A stretch of DNA of 63,722 bases, filler included, from Bigelowiella natans CCMP2755 (taxonomy: Eukaryota > Protista > Cercozoa), in assembly GCA_000320545.1 (NCBI GenBank). It is 6 parts of 6 records of this genome, joined end to end, with 100 filler letters (N's around TTAATTAATTAA, not from the genome) between each part and the next. Parts side by side here need not be neighbours in the genome. Positions count along the whole stretch, not along the records: positions 1 to 9,570 come from ADNK01002862.1; positions 9,671 to 25,304 come from ADNK01002111.1; 4 more parts are not named here. The stretch is one strand, 5' to 3'. Shown piece after piece: positions 1 through 12,032 of the stretch. The position numbers and the translations under genes were made by a program. Numbering within the stretch: the first letter of the stretch is position 1; each line of letters opens with the position of its first letter. The notes under the pieces are model-generated. The model was not told the DNA's origin. It worked only from the letters and a program-made list of their open reading frames with translations, and did no database searches.

Positions 1-46
1 CTAATTTGGAGGGGCGGAGGGGCGGAGGGGCGGAGGGGGGAAATCA

Positions 47-1110
47 TTGACCGCATCCACAAATGCACATAAAACACCATCTTGCAAAAGCTGACAAAGC
101 ATGACAACAAGGTTACTTGTCTAAATACTCTCGAGCCATATCCAGCTTCCCAGCACGAATAATCGTCCACAAGAAATACTTCTGCGCGATTCGATTTCCT
201 TCATACCTAGAGACAGGGGGGGGGGGCTATACGTGAAACGCAGACGCTGACGATGATAACAGCTGCTCCTTTACACGAACACCGATGATGCAATGATGAC
301 TACGAATCGATTCTCACCCCAGCCGTCTCATTTCCTCCTGCAGATGCCGTGTAAACTTATGAGCACCCTTGAGAAAGAAGCACATCCCAATCAGCCCACG
401 AGCACACAACAGATACTACTCACACAGCTGCGGCAACGACAACGCGAACGATAGCTCGCAGATAGCAGCAGCATCATCACAACTAGCGGTTAGTTTTATG
501 GCTATAGCCTCACCCCTCTTTTAGCTGCTTCATATGCCGCAATGTAGGCGAATGCATCCGGACTCATGCCTTTTACGATTCCAGAGAGAGAGAGAGAGAA
601 CAGCCACGCCGCACACGCATGATGATGTTAACACACACAAAGTTAAGAGGGTAGTTGCAATCAGCCGTGATGCTATACTTGCTCGCAAATATATACCGTT
701 CTCTTTCATCTCGTCGTATAAGCTCTCCGCAGCCTGAGAGGGGAAGGTTGGGTGGGAGGGGAAGATGTGTGCACTCCATGTTGGCTTTGTTCGTTAGACG
801 ACGATTCTTGTATTACCCCCCCCCCCCCCCTCCGTTAAAGAATCTATCGAATTCCCTTGCTAGAAAACATGGCACGTCTCCATGCCCGCAATAGGTAGCG
901 TATAGTTTGAGCGATGACGCCTTAACGTGCAAACCCACGCAACAAAACGCGCTAAGGAGAATCATCTACATCGATATTCATTTAAGTAGCTTACCTGTGA
1001 GTTGCCCTGAAGTGCAAGGGAGGCCAATGTGAAGGCATATGCTCGGATGGGGGGCTTCAATTCCGGGTAGGAAAGGCTCATATTGCGCATCTTGGGGTGT
1101 GTTATGAAGA
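47..1110 (-). CDS. Multi-exon hypothetical protein, partial; boundaries approximate
   Basis: Short open minus-strand segments with GT-AG borders, e.g. ~113-207 (YEGNRIAQKYFLWTIIRAGKLDMAREYLDK) and ~320-396 (GLIGMCFFLKGAHKFTRHLQEEMRRL). No family recognised. Confidence 0.3.
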
Positions 1111-2496
1111 TATGCAAAATGTTTATTATTAGATGTTGGCCAAGATTATAATTCTCAACGTCGGCGTCTACTGTGATTTATACTTATTAGTTCAGTCATA
1201 GCAGTATTTTAAATTTTATTACCAAATTGAGATAGTGGAGAGCCTTCATACTGTCCCCTGCATTGCCCTGCGACAATTATTCATCATACTTATTATTTCG
1301 CTATCATATCCCCCCCCCTCCCTCGTTCCTGCTGTATCGCATTTTATGACGAAGAAATATTTTCGAGGCAATTTTGAATCCCTCTCTATTTATTGGCTGG
1401 TGAACCTCGATGAGCGCGAGAAATGCCTTCGATGTCGGAATGGCCTCCAGATGTACAAGGTGCTGCATCCACATCTTTTTTTGAAGGGAGGGGGGGGAGG
1501 AGGAAAAGAAGAAGAAGAAGCAAAATGAATGAGGCGTAAAGATGTGGAGAAATGCTAGAGGCCACACGTTTCTAGTGCCCATGTACCTCTTCTCCCAAAC
1601 CCTCCTCCTCCCACTCCTCCTCCCCCCACCTCCCCTCCTAAGTGTCTACCTCAGCTCTTTTCATGTCTCCCCGTAGAACGTAAGACTTGATGGAATGGGA
1701 TACAAAGCCTCCGTCGGGTTTGAACTGGCTATCATGGTCCCAGAACCTAACCAAGGGGTAGGATACGGTGGGTGAGAGGGGGGGGCACAACTACTGTTCG
1801 CATGTAGGAATCTGCCTTTTCCTCCTCCCCCCTCCCCCTAAACCGCTGCCGCGCAATCTTACTTATTCATAGCATAATCTTTGTTGATATATCGGACGGG
1901 AGGTGGCCGGTGGGGAAGCCGGATCGCCGAGAGCGCGAATAGGACCAGGGGCCCCGCCGCCATTTGCTATCCGGCTCACGCTGCGTGAGGCTTGGGGGGG
2001 GGAACTTTGGGATGTTTTCCGCATAGAAAAAGTTTCGACTGGTATTATTTCTGTATATCCAATATTATTCAGATGTTTTACGGATTAAAATATTTCTATA
2101 TCGCATTAGTGTTTTTGTTGGCGGAGTCTCTCTATTTAATATTTACTATATTTAGTAGATATTTCATCGATTAAATGTTATCTATATTTGCTTTGTTGTT
2201 TTTATTGGCGCAGTCCCCGGCCGACTGCTGCTGATCCGCTCCAGACACGGAGAAAACTGTGCAATGCACCGAATACATGTTGTTTCTGATATGCGACAAC
2301 CTTATTTTTTCCCATTTGCTAGATTTGGACGAACTTGCAACTCTACTAGCAACTTTAAACAACTTTCCCTCGAAGAAGTTGTCGCCACGGCTGATTGCAT
2401 GGGATTTTCCAGGATTTCGTTTCCTTGGGGGGGGCGTACTCGCACAATTTCAGAAGGGGCATTGGTTACGAATCTGTGCATCACAATTAACTCACC

Positions 2497-5278
2497 ATGG
2501 TGGCGGTTGGCGTGGGGGAAATCTATTCGCTCTACACCCAAATATGCTCCATTTTGGACGAGGCGAAAGAGAACAACCGAATGGTGAAGGAACTGAAGAA
2601 GTGCTTCAGCCTCTTGAAAGCCTCCGTGGTCAATCTGCACAATCGGAAGCTAAATCAGGGAGTTCTCAAAGAAATGAAGGACTGTTTTGATGAAGTGCGA
2701 GACTTTGTCGTGTCGTTCCAAGGTCAGGGCTGGTTCAAGAAATACTTTTGGAAACGGTCTGAGAACACATCAGAATCTAATCGCCTGATCAAACTGATGT
2801 TCCGCATCAACGAGCTACTCCAGACCGACCTCCTCGTAGAACTAAATCGTTGTGAGGAGGGGCATCGCAAATTCCGCGACGAGGTGATTGATAAACTGGA
2901 ACAGAATCAGAAGATCATCATGAAGGAGGTGAGACCATTTTGATTCTAGCCCTTCTTCCCATCAACACATCAACATTTTTTAACAAGGTGGGGGCGACCA
3001 AGAAAGATGTAAACCAACTGAAACGACTGCTGGAGAGGGAACGAATTTCAGAGGCCAAGTGGGTAATTCGCAGAGAGGATATTAAGACAACTAAAAAGAT
3101 ATTGGGGAAAGGTGGAATGGGAATCGTACATCTGGCAAAATACCAGGGAATGGAAGTCGCTTTCAAGGAGTCCAAAGTTGAGTTTGATAGCACCAATCAG
3201 GCCCTGAAGGAAATGGAGCTTTTCAAGAAAGAGCTCACCACGTCGGTTTCCCTTCGGCACGAGAATGTGGTTCGGGTGTTTGGAGGGGCGATGGAACCAA
3301 ATGTCTTCATTGTGATGGGTTACTGCTCTCTCGGAAGCTTGAGCGATGTAATTGATGACTGTGATACATACACAATTGGGAACAAGCACCGCCTCATTTG
3401 GTCCAAGCAATTGGCGAACGGACTTCATTTCCTGCACAAAAAGTTCGTCATTCACCACGATGTGAAGAGCCAGAATGTGCTAGTGGATGAGCGAGGTGTG
3501 GCGAAATGGGCGGATTTTGGTCTGGCCTCCACCCACACGAGCTCCACCTTCTCGCAGGTGAAGGTCTCCACTGGAGGCACACCCGAGTGGTCGCCTCCCG
3601 AACAGTTCAGCGGGGAGTACGGTTACAAGTCGGATGTTTGGGGGCTGGGACTGGTGATGTATCACTCGTAGAGATGAGAATGCCGTTTGAAGGGGTGAGT
3701 AAGAATGTCTTGAGGGACGCCATTCAAAGAGGGCGGGTTAAAGTATGACAAGATGGATGAGACAGACCCAATTCTCAGGGAAACCATCAGGCTGTGCTGA
3801 ACACAGACAGAACCAAGCGACCCAAGGCAGGTCAGCTGGCCGAAGGGTTAGACAAGATTGCCCCTAGACTGAGTCCTTTCCAGTTTTTGAAGCAACTTGG
3901 ATTGGGCGACGAAGCAGAGGAGTTTGAAGAGCCAGTCGGAAAAGCCGAAGCGAGGGTAAAAGCGGATAGGAGGGACAGCAACCGCATTTTTAAGCTTCCA
4001 CAAGAGAGAATTTTGGTGGTACTCACAAAACTGCGGAGCATCTTCTCGTCGCTATGTGAACTGCTTCGCAAACTGCGGAGTATCTTCTCGTCGCTATGTG
4101 AACTGCTTCGCATGCACATTGGGTCATGTCTTGAAATAGTTGCAAATATGGTCAAGCATAGCCCTGGTCTGGTGGTGGTCCTAGCAGCATTGTGGAATTC
4201 CTCATATTGGCTCAATGGTTCAGGACAACCTCCCTTTCTGAAAGAAGTGTGGACGACACTGCCTGATATGAGAACCACGAGGAATTATTTTGATGTGGCC
4301 TTTGGGGATGGCAAGCTGTTTGCGGTTGGTGTTCTGGTGGTGGTCCTAGCAGCATTGTGGAATTCCTCATATTGGTTCAATAGTTTAGGACAACCTCCCT
4401 TTCTGAAAGAAGTGTGGAAGGAACTGCCTGATATGAATATTAAAAGAATGGGTTTGGGTGTGGCTATTTGGGATGGCAAGCTGTTTGCTGTTGGTGGGAC
4501 GAATGGGAATTATGTTCTCAAATCTGGAGAGCATCTGGATTTGAAGAATGTGGATGCGGGGTGGAAGAAACTGCCTGATATGAATACTGAGAGATTAGGT
4601 TTGGGTGTGGCCGTTGGGGATGGCAAGCTGTTTGCGGTTGGTGGAATTTTTAAGAATCGTCACAAATCGGGGGAGTATCTGGATTTAAAGAATGTGGATG
4701 CGGGGTGGAAGAAACTGCCTGACATGAACATTACGAGAGAGGCTGTGGCCTTTGGGGATGGCAAGCTGTTTGCTGTTGGTGGGGCTTCAGATATTAGTTG
4801 GCTCAAATCTGGGGAGTATCTGGATTTGAAGAAAGTGAATGAGGGGTGGAAGGCACTACCTGATATGAGGACTAAGAGATTAGGTTTGGGTGTGGCCGTT
4901 GGGGATGGCAAGCTGTTTGCTGTTGGTGGGAATTTTGGTAAGAATCGTCACAAATCGGGGGAGTATCTGGATTTGAAGAATGTGGATGCGGGGTGGAAGA
5001 AACTGCCTGATATGAACATTACGAGAGAGGCCATGGGTGTTGCCGTTGGGGATGGCAAGCTGTTTGCTGTTGGTGGGGCTTCAGATAAAGATGTTCCTCA
5101 CAAATATGGGGAGTATCTGGATTTGAAGGCTGTGGATGCGGGGTGGAAGGAACTGCCTGATATGAACATTAAGAGAATTGGGTTGGGTATGGCCGTTGGG
5201 GATGGCAAGCTGTTTGCAGTTGGTGGGTATGATGGTGTTTTCCACAAATCTGGGGAGCATCTTCGCATCGCCACGTAG
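2497..5278 (+). CDS. MLKL/RPW8-like N-terminal helical bundle + TKL-type protein kinase + C-terminal Kelch beta-propeller; one intron and three apparent 1-nt frameshifts
   Basis: Exon 2497-2928 (EAKENNRMVKELKK...GWFKKYFW) joins via a phase-0 GT..AG intron (2929-2987) to a kinase (LGKGGMG, VAFKE, HHDVKSQN, DFG, GTPEWSPPE, KSDVWGLG). Single-base shifts near 3662, 3742 and 3798 restore LVEMRMPFEG...ILRETIRLCLNTDRTKRP, in frame with the Kelch ORF (WKxLPDM...GDGKLFAVGG) ending at TAG 5278. Confidence 0.8.
4249..5275 (+). repeat. Six to seven near-identical Kelch-coding tandem repeats (~141-150 nt), overlapping a 165-nt duplication (4167/4332); a 42-nt duplication lies just upstream (4028/4070)
   Basis: Recurring ggatggcaagctgtttgc(t/g/a)gttggt and ctgcctgatatga units are visible directly in the DNA. 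Confidence 0.9.
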
Positions 5279-5638
5279 ACTGCTTTCGCACACACATCGG
5301 GTTCTGTTTGGAGAAATGTGTTCATTCATGACCATCTACAACTTCGCTCATTGGACAAATGTGGACTTTCATCGCCTCATCTCTCAGTTTGCAATGGAAT
5401 TCAGGATTTAGTTCGGCTTTCAAGTTGTCTGTTGCGAGGACGATTTCACCAAGTTTGTCATCAATGTCACAGATTTCATCTGCCAAACTTGCTTCGCTCC
5501 TCACATCATTGCACCAGTCCTAGAGTCGTTCGATTCATCAATTGCGCAAATTGCTTGGCTTCTGCTGTTTGCCACACATCATTTTTGAATGAGAGGGCGG
5601 TGCAACTTGCGCAAACAAATGAATGAAAAATTTTTGTT

Positions 5639-7303
5639 GACTCATTCATTTTTGCTTTTGATTTTTTTCAATTTTTTTTTCATTGTCTGTTTCATTTTTT
5701 GTCACACTTGCCATGCATGCTTGCCTTCTTCTGTTGCTACACATGCATGTGCCGTTCTAGCGAACCATTGCATCATGCAACATGCAACCAAAGAATTTTT
5801 TGAAACCTTCCAACGATGCCATCTAGCCATCAATGACTCGCCACCATCACTAGAACACACAGCTCAAAGCACCACTGAGCCATTGAGTGTGTGCACATGA
5901 TGTGCTGTGCAAATGGCACTTCAATCAACGGGCATTGAGCGAAGCGTGCTTTCTAGCTTTGAGCACGTGGTGCGAGCGTCTTTGTCTCAAGCGACAGCGC
6001 CAAGCTAGCAAGACGCAATGCTGGAATGCGTCATTGATGCTCCGTTTTTTTTTTTTCCTCCACCACCAGTCAACATTTTTGTCAAGATTGCATGATGAGG
6101 TTGGGGTGTTGTGCAGTGAATGATGACTTTGCACTTTTCTGCGAACGCTCAGACGAGATTGCCAGGGCATCTCAAGCCGTTTTTTGATGCCGTGCACTGC
6201 ACGTGCACAACACATTGTTTGCCAGAGAGTCATTGATTCGTGTACACACCTCTCTAGATCTAGACATCTAGGCCGTTCTAGCGTTGCTGCACAGAACAGT
6301 GCAAAGCTGCAGCAAGCTGTACCAGCAGCCAGCAAGCAATGCTCAGTTCGTTGATCGATGCTGATTGAGCGCGCTGCGCTTGCACAAATCCAGAGAACGT
6401 GTGGTCGGTCATGACCACCAAGCGTGTGCTTGCATTTGTGATGTAGTTTAGCAGTGTGTCAGATCATGCTGGGGGGACAAAACAAGTTAGTAAGTTTAGC
6501 ATTTTGGCCCCGCTTGGGCCAGTGCGAAAGTAGTTAGTAAGTTTTAGCATTTTGGCCCCGCTTGGGCCAGTGCGACATGGAAAAAGTTGGGTTGCAAAAG
6601 GGAACTTTTGCAGCACAAGTCAGCGAAATGATGTTGTTTTTTTCAATCTAAAAATGGCGTGATGTGATGTGTTCAACTGAGCTAGTTGAAGCAAAGTGAA
6701 ACGCACACGCAAAAGTCAAAAGACCCGCGTGCGAGCGGCAAAGTTAAAAGACCCGCGTGCGAGCGGCAATGTCCCCTTGGGAGCTTGTTTTGGCATGCAT
6801 GCTCAAGCTCCTCACAATGTGTTTTCATCATCAGGGTTTTAGTGTTTTGTTCTCAATGAGCATTGATTACATTGACGTGCAATGCAAGCATCAGCCAGCA
6901 GCGCATCTGTTGGCGAATCACAGAACGTCTTGTGTCAAGGTCGCTGTGGCACCTCGAAGAAATTGCTCATTCTTCTGTCATTCTTTTGCGCGCGCTCATT
7001 TGGACATCACGTGGACTATGCAACGCACTTTCTAGCTTTGCACAACAATTGTTTGCTATTTTGGTGACTTTCGTGAAAGTTGCTTTCTGGCAAATGATGT
7101 TTCTGCAATTGAACCGGCCAAGCGAGGCTTCAGGTTGTTTCATTTAGATTGTGCTTGCACATTCACAACAATGCCCAGCTAAAACACAATTTCTTCAGGC
7201 CACACTAGCACACCTCAACGCTAGAACGGCTCATGGCATGTGGACAGGATGCATGCTAGCATGGCATGTACCAACATAAGCCTTTGAGAAAATGAATGAT
7301 GTC
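5639..7303. mobile_element. Degenerate TIR-type non-autonomous element inside a TpA-depleted tract
   Basis: gccgttctagcg (5751-5762) is the reverse complement of cgctagaacggc (7219-7230), with degenerate extension outwards (gactcattcatttt at 5639 vs aaaatgaatgatgtc near 7290). Internal tandem duplications at ~6484-6575 and 6711-6770. No transposase ORF. Confidence 0.45.
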
Positions 7304-7387
7304 TAGCCGCTATTGTGCTCAATTTTACTTCACTCAACAACTAGCATGTATAGATCTACATTAGGGTTTCCTGCCCGTGCTAGCGTG

Positions 7388-7583
7388 CTATGTTGCAGTC
7401 GTCTCATTCCCCGTAGCTGTTGAAGCAGCATGCTGGGAGTCGCCAGCCAGCTCCTGTAGCTGTCTCCTTAGATCGGGTCTGAATCTTTCCAAAACTGCCC
7501 ATGTGAGCGTCAGTAAATCTTGTCCACTCGGAGAGCGCTGCGACGCGCGTTTGAATGTGCCTAGCGTTAATATCAATGTTTAC

Positions 7584-7650
<67 letters not shown>

Positions 7651-8061
7651 ATACATATGTACAACATATACTTGTATGCATACATATAAATAAATATGGA
7701 CTTAAGACCATTGAGGAATAAACTGAACCCTAAGGAAAAGGACGTCTCTCTTTCTCTTGTTCTAGAATCAACGGTGGTAGATCGGCTATCTCTCGCAACA
7801 CATGCAACGCAGAAGGCATTGTGTCGCTTGCAAACTCTTGATGTCTATTGCTCGAGCAATTTACCACTCGCAGCCATGACCAACAGCAAGTTCTTGAAGT
7901 GCTCAGTGACGTGTACGTGCAACCTGCGTCGAGTAGATCAGCATATATATCATCAAACTATCTCCTGTAAATCCCATAGTAACCTCTTTTCATTGCTTTT
8001 TTAATGCATTTCTCCCCCTAGATGTGTCTCCCCTGTTTTCTCTCTTTAACACTCTCCTCCT

Positions 8062-8112
<51 letters not shown>

Positions 8113-8156
8113 ATTCTCATTTAATAATGATTATGCACCAATGCACATAGATAATA

Positions 8157-8204
<48 letters not shown>

Positions 8205-8968
8205 GTGTGTGTGTCTGTGTCTGTATGTGTGTAAATAGAATAGTTACTGCGAGGCAGAACGAGGGCTCTCCGCTTTCGGTGGCCGCATGAACTTCTCAAT
8301 GGACCTACAATACAAGGGATGAAATGGCGAACCGCTTACATGAAGTATTGCATGTGCATGCATTAAGTGAACAAAGCCACTGATAGGGCAGTAGTACCCG
8401 AGGAAGGTTAGCCAAAAGATGTCGAATTTGTCCATGGCGCTGTATAAAAGAGCAATATAATCAATATTTTAAAATCTCATCTACGTCGTTTTGGTAATTC
8501 CAAGGACCTTCTTTTCATAGAAATGGTGCGTGTGTGAGTGTGAGTGTGAGTGTGAGTGTGAGTGTGAGTGTGTGATTGGATTAAAAACCGCTTTTAGCCA
8601 TTGCGCTCTAATGTACATGCAGACAGACGTACATACGAACATATCATAAATATATAATAGTACATAACCAATACGTGTCAGTGTGCCAACGCCGCACCTC
8701 AAGGTAGTCATATGCTGAAGAAAGGTTTGAAAGAGCAAGGTTGCAGCAGCTATTCTCAGGTCAACTTGTTTCTTTTTCGTGGCGCTCTTGTGGTCCGCCC
8801 CCCCCGCTCCGAGCGGCGGCGGCTGCTGCTGCTGCTGTTTCTTCTCCGCAACCTGGACCCCAGCGGAACCATTGGCTGCTACGTACAAACGTACTCATGT
8901 AAGTATTCTCAGCCCTCTAATACAGCATATCCGTAAATGTGTGAGGATGTTATACAATGTATATTATA

Positions 8969-9004
<36 letters not shown>

Positions 9005-9570
9005 TTGTGTGTGTGTGTGTGTGGTGACGTAATGTGCGTATTGATGCTCATGAGACCGAGGTCACTGAGCATAGGCACGAGTGTCTTCGAGATGCAATGT
9101 TTCCACGTCTCCGCGTTTCGAACACTCCATCCTACTCAGAACCGACAACAGCAACAAACGGTGAGTGAGAGGGGGGGGGGGGGAGGAGGAGATTGCGACA
9201 CTTGGAAGTAGTAATGCCCGCCTCGATAAATCTCTAAAAGACCGAGAAATTCTAAATCGCATCAAATGCACCGAAGCCAAAAACCTTGGCGTTTTTGCGC
9301 AATCGAGAGGTTCAACTTGCGGATAACACTCTATTATAGACGGCTTGAAAATGAATGCTCTTCCGCATATATAAATATATATGTATAAAATATATATATA
9401 AATATATAGATATATATATTAGTTTGTCGTATTTGACTGTCGTTCTGGCACGTCTCCATGGGTTTTTAAGCACGCGAAAATGTAATGACTTTGGGCCCTC
9501 GCTTACTTTTGAGAAACCACCAGGCAGCGGGGAGGAGACGGAGGGAGTCCGTCGCTTTCTTGAGCGATAT
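7388..9570 (-). CDS. GBF1: GBF1/GNOM-like Sec7 ARF-GEF, C-terminal exons; 5' part lost at the gap
   Basis: Exons in the expected order: RALLL; NAETWKHCISKTLVPML; DLRIAAATLLFQTFLQHMTTL; FDIFWLTFLG; EHFKNLLLVMAASG; LLTLTWAVLERFRPDLRRQL. These match the remembered GBF1 C-terminal HDS motifs (EWESCFNKVLFPLL, STLLSKVFLQHL, ESLKNMLLVM, TWERIDCFLP). Confidence 0.8.
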
Positions 9571-9670
9571 NNNNNNNNNNNNNNNNNNNNNNNNNNNNNN
9601 NNNNNNNNNNNNNNTTAATTAATTAANNNNNNNNNNNNNNNNNNNNNNNNNNNNNNNNNNNNNNNNNNNN
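9571..9670. other. Artificial contig linker N44-TTAATTAATTAA-N44; also at 25305-25404, 48534-48633, 57019-57118, 61139-61238
   Basis: Identical 100-nt spacer with stop codons in all six frames; genes are truncated at these points. Confidence 0.97.
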
Positions 9671-9962
9671 TCAGCACCACCACCACTAATACTAATACTA
9701 CTATTCCTAATACTACAGACAGCGATCTCCAAGAGAGCCCTCCATCGTTTGGGCCACTAAATTGCTTGTCCTTCGCTTCTTTTCGACAGGAGGACCAGAG
9801 TAGGAAGGAAGTTGAGGAGGAGGTGGAGGAGGAGGAGGAGCTGTATGCCTTGTAGAGTCGCTACTACTAGCGTCTTGCTGCTGCTGCTGCTGCTGCTGTT
9901 GCTGCTGCTGTTGCTGCTGTATGGGCTCTCGTTGCTGGTACCCCTGCCTTCATTTTCACCCC

Positions 9963-10020
<58 letters not shown>

Positions 10021-10184
10021 AAAAAGAGATGTGATGAAAAGTAAGAAGAGAGAGGTTGGTTTTTACTTTTTTGGGAGGAGGAGTAGGATTGAAGGTAGAG
10101 GGGGGGGGAATGAACTAGCTTAGGTTCTAATCATGCACGACCCAGGCCACTAAATTCCGTCTTTGATGTCCTCAAATCACACAG

Positions 10185-11084
10185 CTCAATATCTTCTCCA
10201 AATTGAAACGACACCCAAACCTCCTTTTATTCTATGGCATCACGACAAACCAAATTCATTTCCTCAGCGAATACTGCGCAAAAGGTAATATGGTGAAATC
10301 TCACTCTCACTGGAGTTACACCGTGTACCAACAAAATCTATGAAACAACGAATTGATGGCACTCTGATGTTTATGAGTTGTGCACCTCCCCTCGTATGTG
10401 CTGCCGCATATCATCATAGACTGCTGCTCGTTCCTTCATCTGTGTAACCTCTCCTTCTCTTACCTTCCAGGTAGCTTGGATAAGCTGCACAAAGATTTAG
10501 ATTTGGCTTCAGAAGATAGGTTTTGGCAAGTTGTAGAGGGCGTCCTCAAAGGGCTTGCGGCCCTTCATAAGAGTAGTTCACCGTATTCGTTTCGTAGCAG
10601 ATTGGTTATAGAAGTTATAGGGGCGTTCGTTGTATAGGAGTCGTAGAAGCATTTGAAGATTCTTGTCGTCGTAATCGTTGTCATAGCAGATTATCGTGTT
10701 AGTTACAGTTGAAGGAATTTTGGTAGTAGTAGTAGTAGTAATAGTAGTTTTAATGTATATTTTGTGGTCGAGACATAAGGCGTATCCCCAACAGGCTTTA
10801 ATAATTGCAACATCATCGCAGGTGGGCTGGTTCACCGAGACATTGCGTGCCGCAACCTCTTCATGAAAGAGGATGGGAGCGTGGTCCTTGGCGACTTTGG
10901 CTTGTCAAGGATCACGGTAGTTTTTGTGTATGTGGCGCTGCCTCTACGTAGTATCCGACGAAGATATAATTGAAGTGCTACTTCCACTCAAACTATTACT
11001 ACCTCCTTTTTATGACCCCGGTGCACCAATCCTCCTTATTTTAGACTCGCGCACTTGCTCATCTTCCCCCCCCCCCCCCCCCAT

Positions 11085-11118
<34 letters not shown>

Positions 11119-11518
11119 CCACAGGATGACAGCAACATCTACAGTTTGACCAAAAGATCAATGATGCCGTGGTGCTGGTGTGCACCCGAGACCCTGCTGC
11201 AGAGGGAGCACAGAGAAAAATCCGATATCTGGATGTTCGGTGTGACTGTTTGGGAGATACTGACAAAAGGGAAACATCCGCAAAAGGAGCTGTCAAGCCT
11301 TGAGAATTACAAATCGGAGCTTAAAAATGGACGGATGCCCCTCAAGGGGCCTGAGCTATAATGAATATTTTTCTTACTGTTCTGTCTTTCTCTCTCATGA
11401 CGTTTGTTGAGGAATTTTGTGGGTGTTATGCGGCATCAGATCCCTGAAGGCCCTCCTCGAGCGAAAACGTTGTTGAGATTGTGCTTTCAATTTGATATAA
11501 AGGTCTTGAACCTTTTTT

Positions 11519-11570
<52 letters not shown>

Positions 11571-12032
11571 TTTTCGTCTTCAATTTTATTCTCTCTAGAT
11601 GCAGACAATATGCACGTATTTTTGTTCGTTACACAAGGAAACGATTTCCCGATAAACTCATTATTTTATACACATGTGTTGTTTAGGAGAACAAGAGCGG
11701 TGGACCTGAAAGAGTCATTGTTGATACAACGGTGAGAAGGATGAAGTATACAAAAGTAACCTGTGTAGCGATTCGTACGTAGAGCCAATTTGTCACACAC
11801 CGTATTTTTGTGTATGTGCATGTAATCTTCCGGAAAACATTATATTTACCCATGGTATTATCGTCGTCATCACGTCTATCATTCTGCAACAAAATAGAAC
11901 CGCCCCACTGCATCGGAAATGATTCAGAAACTAGCTGGTTGGAGTAAAGAGGGCATTCAGGATGATGACCTCAAGGAACAGGCCCATGATAATGGCTATG
12001 ATGATGGCTATTATAATGCCCTTAAAGCGTAA
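10185..12032 (+). CDS. Tyrosine-kinase-like protein kinase; N-lobe exon not visible, possibly degenerate
   Basis: Exons 10185-10284 (LKRHPNLLLFYG...SEYCAKG), 10471-10572 (SLDKLH...LKGLAALHK), 10822-10916 (LVHRDIACRNLF...GDFGLSR), 11125-~11346 (MMPWCWCAPETL, KSDIWMFGVTVWEILTKG) and ~11440-11502 (LLRLCFQFD). The 3' end (DNGYDDGYYNALKA*) is uncertain. Confidence 0.75.

Noticed and set aside
4414-5275. Repeat/variable-spacer pattern resembling a CRISPR array
   Set aside because: In-frame Kelch-coding repeats in a eukaryotic gene; no cas genes.
9615-9626. Recurrent TTAATTAATTAA palindrome
   Set aside because: Always centred in identical N runs; it is an assembly linker.
9671-9800. SCO1-like reading GGLSWRSL followed by a hydrophobic stretch
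   Set aside because: The hydrophobic run comes from intronic microsatellite, that frame has upstream stops, and another frame (PPVEKKRRTSNL) splices more plausibly.
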